DNA of 64,000 bases from an uncultured Candidatus Saccharibacteria bacterium (GTDB taxonomy: Bacteria; Patescibacteriota; Minisyncoccia; Phycocordibacterales; UBA918). Location of the stretch: NCBI GenBank assembly GCA_964399295.1, contig CAYNQD010000001.1, forward strand, positions 335,672-399,671. Reading direction: 5' to 3'. The translations under genes were made by a program, and so were the position numbers. The notes under the pieces were generated by a model. It had not been told where the DNA came from. It saw only the letters and a list, made by a program, of their open reading frames with translations, and did not search any database. This document shows positions 1-10,935 of this stretch, piece after piece; position 1 is the first letter of the stretch, and each line of letters starts with the position of its first letter.

Positions 1-1245
<1,245 letters not shown>

Positions 1246-1356
1246 AATTTACTAAGTATAAATTTAATTGCTAATTAACAAAATCCTTAAAAGACACTAC
1301 AAAACCACTTCCAAAAACAGTCTTTATTACCTCCGTGGTATGACCATTATACGACA

Positions 1357-2568
1357 TTAATATACGCTGTCAAAATTTGACATCTTCTCACAATATTGAG
1401 CCAAAATATCAGTGGCGGACTTCATTTCTTCAGTGGTCGTATCTTCGCCTAGCGAGAAGCGGATGGTGGCGCGGGAGCGGGCGGCGTCACTGGTTATGAC
1501 TTTCACCACTACGCTCTCACCGCCGCCCGCTCCCGCGCACGCACTCTTAGTACTGGCAGCCACGCCATTAGTATCAAGATAAATTACCGCAAATTCAGTG
1601 TCGATATTGGGAATGGAAAAATTAATGTTGTTGGGCAGACGATTGGGCCCAGCAGAGCCGTTTATAACAGCGTTTGGAATTTTTTCTTTCAGAAGCAGTA
1701 TAGCCTCATCGCGGATTTTTTCTACCTGCGCCCCCCGTTTTTCAAAGTCCATCTGAGCCATTTCCAGAGATTTGGCCGCGCCCACAATCCCTGCCACATT
1801 TTCTGTTCCAGACCTTAGCCCACCTTCTTGGCCGCCGCCAAACAATATCGGCAAAAGACCTATCGCCTTGGGAAAAGCCAATATCCCCACTCCTTTCGGC
1901 CCATGACACTTGCCGGAATCAAGCGACATCACGTCCACCCCCAAGCGCTTAAAAGCACAAGACAACCAAAGCGGAGCCTGCGCCGCATCAAGATGTACAA
2001 TAATCGCATGAGTAAGATTTTTTTCAAACCTCCTAATACTGCGCACCAAGCGCGAAACCGGTTGAATCGTACCTACCTCGCTGTTGGCGTAGGCAAAAGT
2101 TACCAACACCGTCTTTTCCGACAAAACTGCCGCAAGCGCAGACACAGTAATAATTCCCTCACTATTTACCTCCACATAACGGACAACGACACCCAACTTC
2201 TCTAATTCCCCCACCGCCTCTAAAATAGAAGGATGTTCGATTTTTGTCGTTATTATTTCCATGTCCTCATAGGCTATTCCCTCCGCACGAAGGTATTTGA
2301 TACGGCCTATAATCGCCAAATTATTACTCTCAGTACCGCTGCCGGTAAATATCACTCCCGTGGTTTTGATTTCCAAAACCCGTGCTACCAAGCTTCTGGC
2401 AGCATCTATCGCTCGTCTGGCCAGTACCCCTTCCTGATGAATTGAATTAGCATTCCCGAAGTTGTTAGCCAAATACGGTATCATCGCGTCCAGCACCTCA
2501 GCTCGCAGTGGTGTCGCGGCGGCGTTATCAAGGTAAATCCGTCTTGACTTCGACTTTTTATTATCCAT
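1357..2568 (-). CDS. cysteine desulfurase, class V aminotransferase (IscS/NifS family)
   Basis: 403 aa with an IscS-like PLP-lysine region (SLDSGKCHGPKGVGILAF) and class-V fold signatures. The usual SGHK motif is replaced by SGKCH. Confidence 0.8.
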   Translation of the reverse strand: MDNKKSKSRRIYLDNAAATPLRAEVLDAMIPYLANNFGNANSIHQEGVLARRAIDAARSLVARVLEIKTTGVIFTGSGTESNNLAIIGRIKYLRAEGIAYEDMEIITTKIEHPSILEAVGELEKLGVVVRYVEVNSEGIITVSALAAVLSEKTVLVTFAYANSEVGTIQPVSRLVRSIRRFEKNLTHAIIVHLDAAQAPLWLSCAFKRLGVDVMSLDSGKCHGPKGVGILAFPKAIGLLPILFGGGQEGGLRSGTENVAGIVGAAKSLEMAQMDFEKRGAQVEKIRDEAILLLKEKIPNAVINGSAGPNRLPNNINFSIPNIDTEFAVIYLDTNGVAASTKSACAGAGGGESVVVKVITSDAARSRATIRFSLGEDTTTEEMKSATDILAQYCEKMSNFDSVY

Positions 2569-2670
2569 CGCAAAATCATGACATAAGGTGAAAATTATGT
2601 AAATATCTGCTATACTCGCATTACTTAGATTATTAGTACGCCCAAATAGGCGTTTTTACTGTTTTTATTT

Positions 2671-4167
2671 ATGAAAAAAACCAAAGCTAGCACCAGCACC
2701 CTCACCAAACGCCCGCCCATCGTGGTGGTGATGGGCCATATTGACCACGGAAAATCCACTCTTTTGGATTATATTCGAAGTAGCGACACCACCACCAAAG
2801 AAGCCGGTGGCATCACCCAACACCTATCAGCCTATGTGGCGCACCACAAAACCAAAGAAGGCGCTGAAGAAGACATTACTTTTCTCGACACCCCCGGCCA
2901 TGAAGCTTTTCAGAAAATGCGTCTACGCGGGGCGGATGTAGCGGATGTGGCCATTTTGGTGGTTTCGGCTGAAGATGGAGTCAAGCCACAGACTTTAGAA
3001 GCCCTAGAATCAATCAAACAAGCCAACATCCCTTTCATCGTGGCCATAAATAAAATTGACAAGCCTAGCGCTGATATTCCTCGCACCCAAGCGAGTTTAA
3101 TTGAAAATGAAATCTATATTGAAGGCATGGGTGGCGACATTCCTTGGGTTGGTATTTCCGCCAAAACCGGCGAGGGAGTAAGTGAGATGTTGGATTTGGT
3201 TATTCTGGCGGCGGATTTGATTGACCTGCAAGGCGACAAAAGCGCTCCAGCCGAAGGCCAGGTAATCGAAGGCAACGTTGATCCCAAGCGTGGCAACACC
3301 GCCACTTTGATTGTAAAAAATGGAACCCTCAAAAGTGGTATGTTTGTGGTGGCGGGACATTCTTTTGCGCCAGTACGCATCATGGAAGATTACCTGGGCA
3401 AAACTCTCAAAGAAGCTTCTTTATCTATGCCGATTGGATTGATTGGATTCAACACCATTCCGCCGGTTGGAGCCAATTTTTACACCGTCAAAAACAAAAA
3501 AGAAGCTGAAGAAGCCGTGGTCGGCCTTTCCAAACCTATTGGAGTCAGACACCAAAAGACCACCTTGCCAACCATTCCCATTCTTATCAAGGCCGGTTCA
3601 CTCGGCGCCATAGACGCCATCGAGCACGAACTAAGCAAATTTTCCTCTGAAAGAATAAGTGTGCGCGTTATCGACACTGGTATTGGCAATATCACCGCCA
3701 ATGATGTTCAAAATGTCAGCGCCACCAAAAGCGCCATCATCGTTGGTTTTAATGTTAAGGTTGAGAGACAGGCTTCCGATCTGGCTGAAAGACTGGGTGT
3801 GGAAATCAATACCTTTGACATCATCTACGAATTATCCGACTGGCTAAACACCGCCCTCAAAAATCGCACGCCGCAAATGGAGGAAAAAGTTGTCACCGGA
3901 AAAGTGAAGCTCCTTAAACACTTCAGTGTCCAGAAAAATACTCATGTTATTGGCGCGCGCGTGGAAGAAGGCCATATAAAAATGTCGCAGAAAGTCCGCA
4001 TTACCCGTCGTGATATTGAGATTGGAAAAGGTACGATAAAAAACCTACAACAACAAAAATCCGACGTGCAAAAGATTGACGAAGGAGAATTTGGCATGCA
4101 ACTCGAAACCAGAGCCGACATCGCTCCAGGAGATTATCTCGAACCTTACGATATTATTATTACCTAA
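2671..4167 (+). CDS. infB: translation initiation factor IF-2, compact form without long N-terminal extension
   Basis: G-domain motifs [17 protein letters not shown] and NKIDK. C-terminal IF-2 domains present. 498 aa. Confidence 0.9.
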   Translation: MKKTKASTSTLTKRPPIVVVMGHIDHGKSTLLDYIRSSDTTTKEAGGITQHLSAYVAHHKTKEGAEEDITFLDTPGHEAFQKMRLRGADVADVAILVVSAEDGVKPQTLEALESIKQANIPFIVAINKIDKPSADIPRTQASLIENEIYIEGMGGDIPWVGISAKTGEGVSEMLDLVILAADLIDLQGDKSAPAEGQVIEGNVDPKRGNTATLIVKNGTLKSGMFVVAGHSFAPVRIMEDYLGKTLKEASLSMPIGLIGFNTIPPVGANFYTVKNKKEAEEAVVGLSKPIGVRHQKTTLPTIPILIKAGSLGAIDAIEHELSKFSSERISVRVIDTGIGNITANDVQNVSATKSAIIVGFNVKVERQASDLAERLGVEINTFDIIYELSDWLNTALKNRTPQMEEKVVTGKVKLLKHFSVQKNTHVIGARVEEGHIKMSQKVRITRRDIEIGKGTIKNLQQQKSDVQKIDEGEFGMQLETRADIAPGDYLEPYDIIIT

Positions 4168-4176
4168 TATTTTACC

Positions 4177-4506
4177 ATGTCAGATCGTCACCAGAGAGTA
4201 GAATCTTTAATTCGTGAGTTGGTTGCCAGCTATATCCAGCAAGAGGCCAACACCGACCCTATGATAACGGTCACTAGAGTCACCACCGCGCCCGACTATC
4301 GCCGTTTGACCGTATTTTTTACGACCATACCCGACGGCCGCGAGGAGGACGCTTTGGTTTTTCTCAAGAGAACCGGCGGCGACATGCGCGGTTATATAAA
4401 GAAAAAGAGTAATCTTAAAATCATTCCCTTTTTGGAATTTAGCGTCGACTACGGCGAACGCCACCGCCAGCACATTGATGAAATCGCTAGGGAAATTGAT
4501 AAATAG
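4177..4506 (+). CDS. rbfA: ribosome-binding factor A
   Basis: 109 aa, immediately downstream of infB in the conserved infB-rbfA arrangement. RbfA-like KH-fold sequence. Confidence 0.75.
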   Translation: MSDRHQRVESLIRELVASYIQQEANTDPMITVTRVTTAPDYRRLTVFFTTIPDGREEDALVFLKRTGGDMRGYIKKKSNLKIIPFLEFSVDYGERHRQHIDEIAREIDK

Positions 4507-4556
4507 CACTTTGTCTTACCGGCAAAAAATGCTAAAGTATGTTGTACAAATTCCAA

Positions 4557-4632
4557 GTCCTGGTGGCGAAGTGGTTAACGCTGCGGTTTGCAAAACCGCC
4601 ATACGTGGGTTCAACTCCCACCCAGGACTCCA
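4557..4632 (+). tRNA. tRNA-Cys (GCA), CCA encoded
   Basis: Cloverleaf: acceptor GTCCTGG/CCAGGAC, anticodon loop TTGCAAA, T-arm GTGGG-TTCAACT-CCCAC, then TCCA. Confidence 0.85.
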
Positions 4633-4686
4633 GACTGATGTTGTTTTGCTGAAGGTAAAATTGACATGAGTCGTTGGTCTTTTTCT

Positions 4687-4725
4687 GGTGGTGGTGGCGC
4701 GAGCTAAAGCTCGCGCCACCACCAC
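4687..4725. repeat. GC-rich hairpin (about 17-bp stem, loop TAAA) between tRNA-Cys and tRNA-Leu
   Basis: ggtggtggtggcgcgagc-taaa-gctcgcgccaccaccac. No U-run on either side, so not a canonical intrinsic terminator. Confidence 0.5.
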
Positions 4726-4740
4726 GACACACAAAGACGT

Positions 4741-4829
4741 GCCGGGGTGGTGGAATGGTAGACACGAAGGACTTAAAATCCTTTGCCCATTAAAAAAGCG
4801 TGCGGGTTCGAGTCCCGCTCCCGGCACCA
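4741..4829 (+). tRNA. tRNA-Leu (TAA), long variable arm, CCA encoded
   Basis: Acceptor GCCGGGG/TCCCGGC, anticodon loop CTTAAAA, extended variable arm, T-arm GCGGG-TTCGAGT-CCCGC, discriminator A plus CCA. Confidence 0.85.
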
Positions 4830-4938
4830 AATCAGAACTCAAAAGATTGACCGCCCTCCGCAAATAGTGAGTTGCTGTGAGGTTTTCCTACAGCTATTGT
4901 TTTAATTGCATAATTGTTGTAAACTTTTCGTCACAAAC

Positions 4939-5011
4939 GCGCCTTTAGCTCAGTTGGTAGAGCAGCTCCCTCTTAAGGAGACGGTCCAAGGTTCGAGCCC
5001 TTGAAGGCGCA
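4939..5011 (+). tRNA. tRNA-Lys (CTT), CCA not encoded
   Basis: Acceptor GCGCCTT/AAGGCGC, D-arm GCTCAGTTGGTAGAGC, anticodon loop CTCTTAA, T-arm CAAGG-TTCGAGC-CCTTG. Confidence 0.85.
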
Positions 5012-5116
5012 CTAATAAAAAGACTACTGCTTTGCGGCGGTTTTTATTAACACACCTTCCCCACCCCACGCCCATTCGCCAACTTTAAATTTTGTGCTAT
5101 ACTCTTGCCTACACCC

Positions 5117-5198
5117 GCGCGGGTGGCGAAATTGGTAGACGCGTTAGTCTTAGGAACTAATAGAGCAATCTGTGGAGGTTCAAGTCCTCTCCCGCGCA
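5117..5198 (+). tRNA. tRNA-Leu (TAG), long variable arm, CCA not encoded
   Basis: Acceptor GCGCGGG/CCCGCGC, anticodon stem-loop TTAGT-CTTAGGA-ACTAA, long variable arm, T-arm GGAGG-TTCAAGT-CCTCT. A TGCTATACT extended -10-like box lies about 15 nt upstream. Confidence 0.85.
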
Positions 5199-5349
5199 CA
5201 AAAACCTGTACTGAAACTGTATGGTTTCAAGTCCTTTGCACACTAGTAGAAACTTCACTTCGCATAGTGTAATATGCTTTATGTAACAACAATGTTTGTT
5301 GTTATTGCTCTTTTGATTCCTAAATAAATTTTTAAGGAGGTACACAACA

Positions 5350-5601
5350 ATGAATGAAAAACATTGTTACAAAATATTCATCTCGGGAATTATATCAGTG
5401 GTTATAAGTGCGCTTGTGATATTGATACTAGTGTCGCAAGGATTAAGCCACACTGATATTGAACCAAAAGTTGCTTCCTATGTATTGGGAATAACGGGTT
5501 CTTTTATTTTCTTCATTTTGGTACTCTCTTTCATGATACATGAAAGTATTGTGCTATTAGTGACAAAGAAAATAGAAGACGGTTCAAGAAAAAATGATTA
5601 A
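5350..5601 (+). CDS. small hypothetical membrane protein (83 aa, 2 predicted TM helices)
   Basis: Strong RBS AAGGAGG 9 nt upstream of ATG. Hydrophobic segments. No recognisable family. Confidence 0.55.
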   Translation: MNEKHCYKIFISGIISVVISALVILILVSQGLSHTDIEPKVASYVLGITGSFIFFILVLSFMIHESIVLLVTKKIEDGSRKND

Positions 5602-5656
5602 CCAGCAAAGCCCCACACCAAGGATTCACTTACACAAGTGAATCCTTTTCCTTCTT

Positions 5657-6055
5657 TTACTTCCCTTCACGCGGCCCGCGCAAAATCTTCTCCATCTTCC
5701 GACCTTTTGCCAGTTCGTCCACCAGTTTATCCAAATACCGAGCCTGTCGTGTCAAAGGATTTTCGATTTCCTCTATCCGATAGCCGCAAATCATTCCGGT
5801 GATAAGAGGCGCATTGGGGTTGAGTGAAGCTTGCTCAAAAAATTCTGCAAACGTCGCTTTTTCTTTTATTAGTTCCCGCAACTTCTTACTATCAAAGCCC
5901 GTCAACCACTCTATAACCTGATGCAATTCTTTCTTCGTCCGGCCTTTACTCTCCACTTTTGTAACATAATGCGGATAGACAGAAGCAAAAATCATTTGTG
6001 CGATACGCTGGTGGTGGGTGTCAGAAATTTTCATAGTTATTTCAACTTTTTCCAT
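5657..6055 (-). CDS. DUF2200-like hypothetical protein
   Basis: 132 aa. MIFASVYPHYVTKVE...VIEWLTGF resembles the DUF2200 family widely annotated in bacteria. Assignment from memory. Confidence 0.5.
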   Translation of the reverse strand: MEKVEITMKISDTHHQRIAQMIFASVYPHYVTKVESKGRTKKELHQVIEWLTGFDSKKLRELIKEKATFAEFFEQASLNPNAPLITGMICGYRIEEIENPLTRQARYLDKLVDELAKGRKMEKILRGPREGK

Positions 6056-6134
6056 CAGAGTATTGTAACATTTGTTTATATTTGCTTTTCCTTAAATTTG
6101 GAAGCAGATAAGCCGAAGTAAAATAATCTACGGG

Positions 6135-6575
6135 TTACTCCTTACTCGCGCATGCCAACATCCATTGCACGCCGAATTTGTCGGTTAGGGAGCCGAAATA
6201 GTCGCCCCAAAACATGTCTTGCATTGGCATTTCTACCTTACCACCTTCGGCCAAAGCAGCGAAAAGTCGATCAGTCTCGGTGCGGGTATCGGGCTGAAGA
6301 TTGATGTAGATGTTGTTGCCAAACTTCACCGGTGGCAGCCCCATTGATTCCGTGGAGTCGGTGCCCATAAGCCTATAACCATCGAGAATCGGGAGTGACA
6401 CGTGCATGACGAGATTATCATTAGCCTCATTTCTTGGCGGCTGGTCTTCCGAAGGTGGAACATCTTTCATTCTCATAATACCGCCCTCAAATTCACCACC
6501 AAAAACTGATTTATAAAAATTAAACGCCTCCTCGGTATTACCAGAAAAATTTAAATAGGTACTTACTTTTGCCAT
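6135..6575 (-). CDS. VOC-family (glyoxalase/PhnB-like) protein
   Basis: MAKVSTYLNFSGNTEEAFNFYKSVFGG... is typical of PhnB-like VOC proteins. Start chosen at the internal ATG (residue 17 of the listed ORF). Confidence 0.65.
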   Translation of the reverse strand: MAKVSTYLNFSGNTEEAFNFYKSVFGGEFEGGIMRMKDVPPSEDQPPRNEANDNLVMHVSLPILDGYRLMGTDSTESMGLPPVKFGNNIYINLQPDTRTETDRLFAALAEGGKVEMPMQDMFWGDYFGSLTDKFGVQWMLACASKE

Positions 6576-6656
6576 AATTATATTATAGTTAACTAATTTG
6601 ATACTAACACCGTCATTATACACCCTTCATCGTTGTTTTCGGTAACGCCCTCTAGG

Positions 6657-7721
6657 CTAAGCCGTTGGTCGCAAACGAGCCTTTTTAAACTGCACACCAC
6701 GAAAATACTGATTGTACCACCGGGCAAAATTTTTCTTGACACCAGGCGGCAATTTGTCTATCAGGCGGCAACGAGTAGAACAATAGCCGTCGCGTTTTTC
6801 TACGCAATCATCACAACCCAAAAACAACACGTGACAAATCTGATTTTTGCAATGATAGTGTGTATCGCTCTTATTTTGGTGGCAAAGATGACAATGAGAA
6901 ATAATTTCCCCGCCGATTCTTTCACCCAAACGCTCATCAAACACAAAGTTCTTGCCTTTGAATTTGTTTTCCAATCCTTCCTTTTCCACTTGATGTTTAT
7001 AATCAATGATACCGCCCCGCAAATGACGCACGTCTTTAAAACCATTATGCTTTAGCCAAGCACTCGCCTTCTCGCAACGAATACCGCCGGTGCAATACAG
7101 AGCAATTTTCTTGTTCTTATGTTCTCGCAAAAGCTCCGGTACCACAGACAATTCCTCACGAAAAGTATCCACATCTGGAGTAACAGCCCGCTCAAACCGA
7201 CCGACCTCGCTCTCATAAGCATTGCGCATATCTACCACAATCGCATTTAGGTCGTCGATGTAGCTGTTCATGTCGGCGGCGGTGAGATATTCGCCGGTGT
7301 TGGTGACATCAAAACTACTGTCGTCCAGACCATCAGCCACTATCTTAGCCTTGACTTTGATTGTTAATTTGAAAAACGACGGCTTATCCCCTTCTTCCAC
7401 CGCAATTTTGTACGGCACACCGGCAAGCTCCGGCTGAGACTGCACCCAAGCGTCAAACTGCTGCCAATTCTCCTTTGGTACATTCATTTGGGCATTTATA
7501 CCCTCATGCGCCACATAAATTCGCCCCAGACAATCAAGCGCCGACCAAGCAGCCAGTAACCGCTCCCGAAAAGCCTCCGGATCAACCAAGCGCACATAAC
7601 GATAAAAAGACACCGTCGTCCGCGGTCGCAAATCAGCCAAAGCCGCCCGCCTTTTCTCCGCTCGCGGCAAACCGGCACTTAGATTTTTAACGGTTTTATT
7701 TTTAGACAATTGATGCTTCAT
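6657..7721 (-). CDS. trhO: rhodanese-domain tRNA uridine(34) hydroxylase TrhO/YceA (UPF0176)
   Basis: SFYRYVRL..DPEA N-terminal region, rhodanese active site CTGGIRCEK, C-terminal Cys-rich tail (CHLCHQNKSDTHYHCKNQICHVLFLGCDDC). Confidence 0.75.
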   Translation of the reverse strand: MKHQLSKNKTVKNLSAGLPRAEKRRAALADLRPRTTVSFYRYVRLVDPEAFRERLLAAWSALDCLGRIYVAHEGINAQMNVPKENWQQFDAWVQSQPELAGVPYKIAVEEGDKPSFFKLTIKVKAKIVADGLDDSSFDVTNTGEYLTAADMNSYIDDLNAIVVDMRNAYESEVGRFERAVTPDVDTFREELSVVPELLREHKNKKIALYCTGGIRCEKASAWLKHNGFKDVRHLRGGIIDYKHQVEKEGLENKFKGKNFVFDERLGERIGGEIISHCHLCHQNKSDTHYHCKNQICHVLFLGCDDCVEKRDGYCSTRCRLIDKLPPGVKKNFARWYNQYFRGVQFKKARLRPTA

Positions 7722-7796
7722 AAATTACGCAATAAAAACTCCATCTGAAAATGTTACCAAAGTCTAGGGTTATAAGCAAACTTACGATAAAAAAAG

Positions 7797-7822
7797 GGCG
7801 GCGGCTTCGCCGCCGCCCTTCA
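7797..7822. repeat. GC-only hairpin gggcggcggc-ttcg-gccgccgccc in a divergent intergenic region
   Basis: 11-bp perfect GC stem with an A-run on the + side. It would act as a terminator only for minus-strand transcription entering from the right, where no minus gene exists. Confidence 0.45.
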
Positions 7823-7883
7823 CAGACTCAAATATTCTAGAAATCGCAAGACGAAACGACACCACATATCGTGATTTTTAACA

Positions 7884-7912
7884 TTGACTTTTCCCTATTT
7901 TCATGATAAAAT
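7884..7912 (+). promoter_or_regulatory. sigma70-type promoter TTGACT-17nt-TAAAAT for the SPFH-like gene
   Basis: Consensus -35 TTGACT, exact 17-nt spacer, -10 TAAAAT. About 50 nt upstream of RBS AAGGAG and the ATG at 7962. Confidence 0.6.
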
Positions 7913-7961
7913 GAGGGTTGGTAGTTTTTTGACAATTTCCAACTTTTTCAAGGAGAAAAAA

Positions 7962-9179
7962 ATGGTAGATTTTCTTTTAATTTGGTATGTATACATACCA
8001 ATTGGTATCTTTGTACCACTATTTCTAATGGGGGTACCCATAGCACCGATGCTAAAAAACAAACCCTCCATAGAAGTTAATGGAAGGGTGGAAAAAAGTG
8101 ATTTCGGTTTTTTTACAGAGCTTCCCCCTGGAATCTGTAAAATAAAAGAGCGGGGAGGGGATTTTTTAATTCCACTTATGAATTATACCGGGCATACATA
8201 TGCCGGTATGAAAAGTGGGGCCAAGATCCCCATCCAAGACCCCAAAAGGTATTGGGTGGTCGTAGAGTCAGGAGATGATCCTGACTTTGATCCGCTTAAA
8301 TTTCCAGATCCCAGCAGATGGGATTTTGTTTTTGGCAGTTATAGGTATCCATGGTGGCTTTGGAAGATAATTATCTTCAAGGCCACCAAGCTGATCTTCA
8401 CTGGAATTTGGCCTTTCCAGAAGATCCGAGTAATGCCCATGGAATACTTAAAGGAATTGCCCGGACTGGCAATTTCAGCCACCGGGCAGAAAAAGAAACA
8501 ATACGAAAAGGTCACAAATTTTAGTGACCATTTTCGAATCGCTTCTTTCGATTTTCTGAATCTAATAGAATCAGCGGACACCAGCGATGGTGTCCCCTTG
8601 GAAATGCTGGTAGCATTTACAGGGAGAGTCTTTAACCCGTGGTTGGCCGCCTATAGGGCTGACCGTAGCTGGACGGTCAGGGTGAACAATTTCCTGCCGG
8701 GCGCAGTAAATGATTACACCCGCGGAAAGCCCCTGGATGAAGTCTACACAGGGGAAGACACCGGTGTTACAGAGACAGTAGAATCTCTGGGTAAAAGAAA
8801 CCGTTTTACCCAGGGGGAAGAGCCCATCTTCTGGGAGTTTGGAATAGAAATAATAAGGGCTCTGGTGCCAAACAGGTCGATAATCGACCATGAGGTACAA
8901 AGGAAAGTCAGTGAGAGGGCGGTCGCTTTGGCAGATAAAAGAGCCACTATAATAAGGGCCGAAGGTACTGCCAAGGCTATAGAACTCGAATCTCGGGCTA
9001 TAACAGAGGGCGGAGAGGAAGGCAGGTTAGCTGCCAAATACCGCCGGGATAAGGAGGTAGTAAACAACCTCCCCAACGGAGCCTCTGTCATCGTAACCCT
9101 AGGGGACGGTGAATCATCGACCGATCCCCTTAAAAAAACCAACGACTTGCTAAAAGCGTCGTTGATCAAAAAAGAGTAG
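7962..9179 (+). CDS. membrane-anchored SPFH/band-7 (stomatin/HflKC-like) domain protein
   Basis: N-terminal TM helix. SPFH-like core (SDGVPLEMLVAFTGRV; GIEIIRALVPNRSIIDHEVQRKV) and Ala/Glu-rich coiled-coil tail (IIRAEGTAKAIELESRAITEGGEEGRLAAKY). Start set at the ATG with RBS AAGGAG (residue 27 of the listed ORF, which begins at a TTG). Confidence 0.55.
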   Translation: MVDFLLIWYVYIPIGIFVPLFLMGVPIAPMLKNKPSIEVNGRVEKSDFGFFTELPPGICKIKERGGDFLIPLMNYTGHTYAGMKSGAKIPIQDPKRYWVVVESGDDPDFDPLKFPDPSRWDFVFGSYRYPWWLWKIIIFKATKLIFTGIWPFQKIRVMPMEYLKELPGLAISATGQKKKQYEKVTNFSDHFRIASFDFLNLIESADTSDGVPLEMLVAFTGRVFNPWLAAYRADRSWTVRVNNFLPGAVNDYTRGKPLDEVYTGEDTGVTETVESLGKRNRFTQGEEPIFWEFGIEIIRALVPNRSIIDHEVQRKVSERAVALADKRATIIRAEGTAKAIELESRAITEGGEEGRLAAKYRRDKEVVNNLPNGASVIVTLGDGESSTDPLKKTNDLLKASLIKKE

Positions 9180-9185
9180 TTACAG

Positions 9186-9228
9186 GCTCTCGATATTCTA
9201 TATTTTTGAATATCGAGAGCTTTTTTTA
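9186..9228 (+). terminator. rho-independent terminator for the SPFH-like gene
   Basis: gctctcgatattc-(loop)-gaatatcgagagc followed by tttttttatt. Confidence 0.8.
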
Positions 9229-9257
9229 TTGACTTTTTTAGTTTTTTAATGTATAAT
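9229..9257 (+). promoter_or_regulatory. sigma70-type promoter TTGACT-17nt-TATAAT for the downstream membrane-protein gene
   Basis: Consensus -35 and -10 with 17-nt spacer, directly after the terminator. RBS AAAGGAG precedes the ATG at 9294. Confidence 0.65.
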
Positions 9258-9293
9258 CTAAGAGGAAGTTTTTTAACAAAAAGGAGAAATATT

Positions 9294-10400
9294 ATGGAGC
9301 TGCTCATAACAATATCAACCACGGTAGGCATAATCGTGGTTATAGGAGTATTCTTGGCCATAGCCTACAAAGGCATGGCTCACGGGGGCGTAACTTTCAA
9401 CATAAGGGATCACAAGTGGCTAGCACTTGCACTGGTGATCCCCGTAACCACCTTCTTCCTCTGGAAATGGTGGTCAAAAAAAGAGACCGCCTCCGCAAAA
9501 GAGTCGGCAGGACTGGAGACCGCCATCTCCACCCTCTCCTCGTATACCGAGGACACCACTGGGATAATCACCCTAGTTGTAGTGGTGGCACTGGGGGTGT
9601 GGTTTTTTTCCCTGCTCCTCGTCAAAAAAGACAAGGTGGCAGAAAAAAACACCAACGATTCCCTGACAAGGAACCTGTCTGGGTACATAGTCTTTCTTGG
9701 GATTACCACTCTTGTGGTGATGTACGCCAAAGAACAGTACTGGGACAAGGACGCTATCCCCTTGTCGGGGATGACTCCTTACACAGGGGAGAACACCCCC
9801 CTAGCTTTGTTTATCGGATACACCTCCGCCGTGTTATGGATTGTTTTTATAACAATCGGCGGATGGTTATCCGACAAGGACAAAGACGCGCCCAACCAGA
9901 AATTGGCGGCTCAAGCGAAGAAGTTTGGCAATTTCTTCGGCTGGATCGCCTTCCTTTCCATTATTTTCATAGTAGGTTCATTCCTACTGAAGATAATGGA
10001 AGAGGCTCCTCCTGGGTGGGGCGAATCTGTCTCCAAGCCGGAGAAAGTCAATGTCCGACTTGAAAGAATAGGGCACGGACAGTCGGTTGCCCACGAAGCA
10101 AGCACGTTGACTGTTTTCACAGTCAGCCTGCCGACACCGCACAAGGTGGGCTGGGCATCGGCTGTCTGTGCCGAGATCATCAGCCCCAAGTGGTTGGTGG
10201 ATCAAATTGATGTGATTCAGCATCATTTTGAATTCACCACTCCAGGTGAGCGGGGTTTTGTTCACCAGATGAGACTCACTAAGGAGGTGAGATTTCATCT
10301 AACAGAAAAAGAATTAAGTGCGATAAGAGTGAAATTCCACCTAATCGCAACCCAAGGCTACCCCAAAGATGCGGTATGCCGAAAAACAAAATTCTTTTAA
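9294..10400 (+). CDS. hypothetical polytopic membrane protein (~6 TM) with C-terminal soluble domain
   Basis: 369 aa from the ATG with RBS. Multiple hydrophobic helices then a non-membrane C-terminal ~120 aa. Locally elevated GC. Alternative-frame ORFs here are Arg-rich artefacts. Confidence 0.55.
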   Translation: MELLITISTTVGIIVVIGVFLAIAYKGMAHGGVTFNIRDHKWLALALVIPVTTFFLWKWWSKKETASAKESAGLETAISTLSSYTEDTTGIITLVVVVALGVWFFSLLLVKKDKVAEKNTNDSLTRNLSGYIVFLGITTLVVMYAKEQYWDKDAIPLSGMTPYTGENTPLALFIGYTSAVLWIVFITIGGWLSDKDKDAPNQKLAAQAKKFGNFFGWIAFLSIIFIVGSFLLKIMEEAPPGWGESVSKPEKVNVRLERIGHGQSVAHEASTLTVFTVSLPTPHKVGWASAVCAEIISPKWLVDQIDVIQHHFEFTTPGERGFVHQMRLTKEVRFHLTEKELSAIRVKFHLIATQGYPKDAVCRKTKFF

Positions 10401-10461
10401 GGTTTTCTCCCTTTCTCAAAAGAACATTTGAGAAAACCGCGGGAAAACAAAAAAAGTTCTT

Positions 10462-10515
10462 AAAACCATCAAGACGACAGCTTACCTGTCCTCTCTTGAT
10501 GGTTTTTTATTTTTT
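10462..10515 (+). terminator. rho-independent terminator
   Basis: aaaaccatcaaga...tcttgatggtttt stem followed by ttttttatttttt. Confidence 0.75.
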
Positions 10516-10549
10516 AAGCTTTAAAAAGCTGATACCGTTTCCCCTCTTT

Positions 10550-10885
10550 TTAATTAACCTTAAAAACATCATCGCAACCGGTAGTGCCTGCCGGATCATT
10601 GGCGCAATCCAACTGCTTGCTCATGCCAAAAGTATTGACGGCGATAGAAAGGAGCGCGTAGGCGGAAATCATGACCACCAGGCCAATAATGCCGTAAGTA
10701 ATATGCTTCTTGCCGTCAGCTCTGGCGGTTTCATTGCTACTATTCATCAGGTATTCAGCTAAACCATAAAGAAACACCAACAAAGCCACCCCTGAAAGCA
10801 GAGCAATTGTAGGAAAAAGGATAATTTCGTTTAATTTGGCAACAAAACTAGCAGCTTCAGCGGCAGCTTTTTCTTGTGGTGACAT
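10550..10885 (-). CDS. small 2-TM pilin-like protein (TrbC/VirB2-like T4SS-pilin family, paralog 1)
   Basis: 111 aa. Two hydrophobic helices separated by a charged loop (SSNETARADGKKH). C-terminal Cys pair. Same architecture as the three downstream paralogs. Confidence 0.55.
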   Translation of the reverse strand: MSPQEKAAAEAASFVAKLNEIILFPTIALLSGVALLVFLYGLAEYLMNSSNETARADGKKHITYGIIGLVVMISAYALLSIAVNTFGMSKQLDCANDPAGTTGCDDVFKVN

Positions 10886-10935
10886 ATTCGCTTAGGATTA
10901 TACCACGAACTGAAGCCACATTTCAGGGAAGTAAT

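Noticed and set aside
1246-1356. CIRCE heat-shock operator upstream of groES
   Set aside because: Searched for TTAGCACTC-N9-GAGTGCTAA; only a partial TGCTAA half-site is present.
4516-4863. Minus-strand ORFs (115 and 77 aa) across the tRNA-Cys/tRNA-Leu region, and 5157-5345
   Set aside because: They overlap tRNA genes and GC hairpins; artefactual.
9416-10298. Several long overlapping ORFs in other frames within 9294-10400
   Set aside because: Arg-rich out-of-frame translations typical of a locally GC-rich coding region; the main frame encodes a coherent membrane protein.
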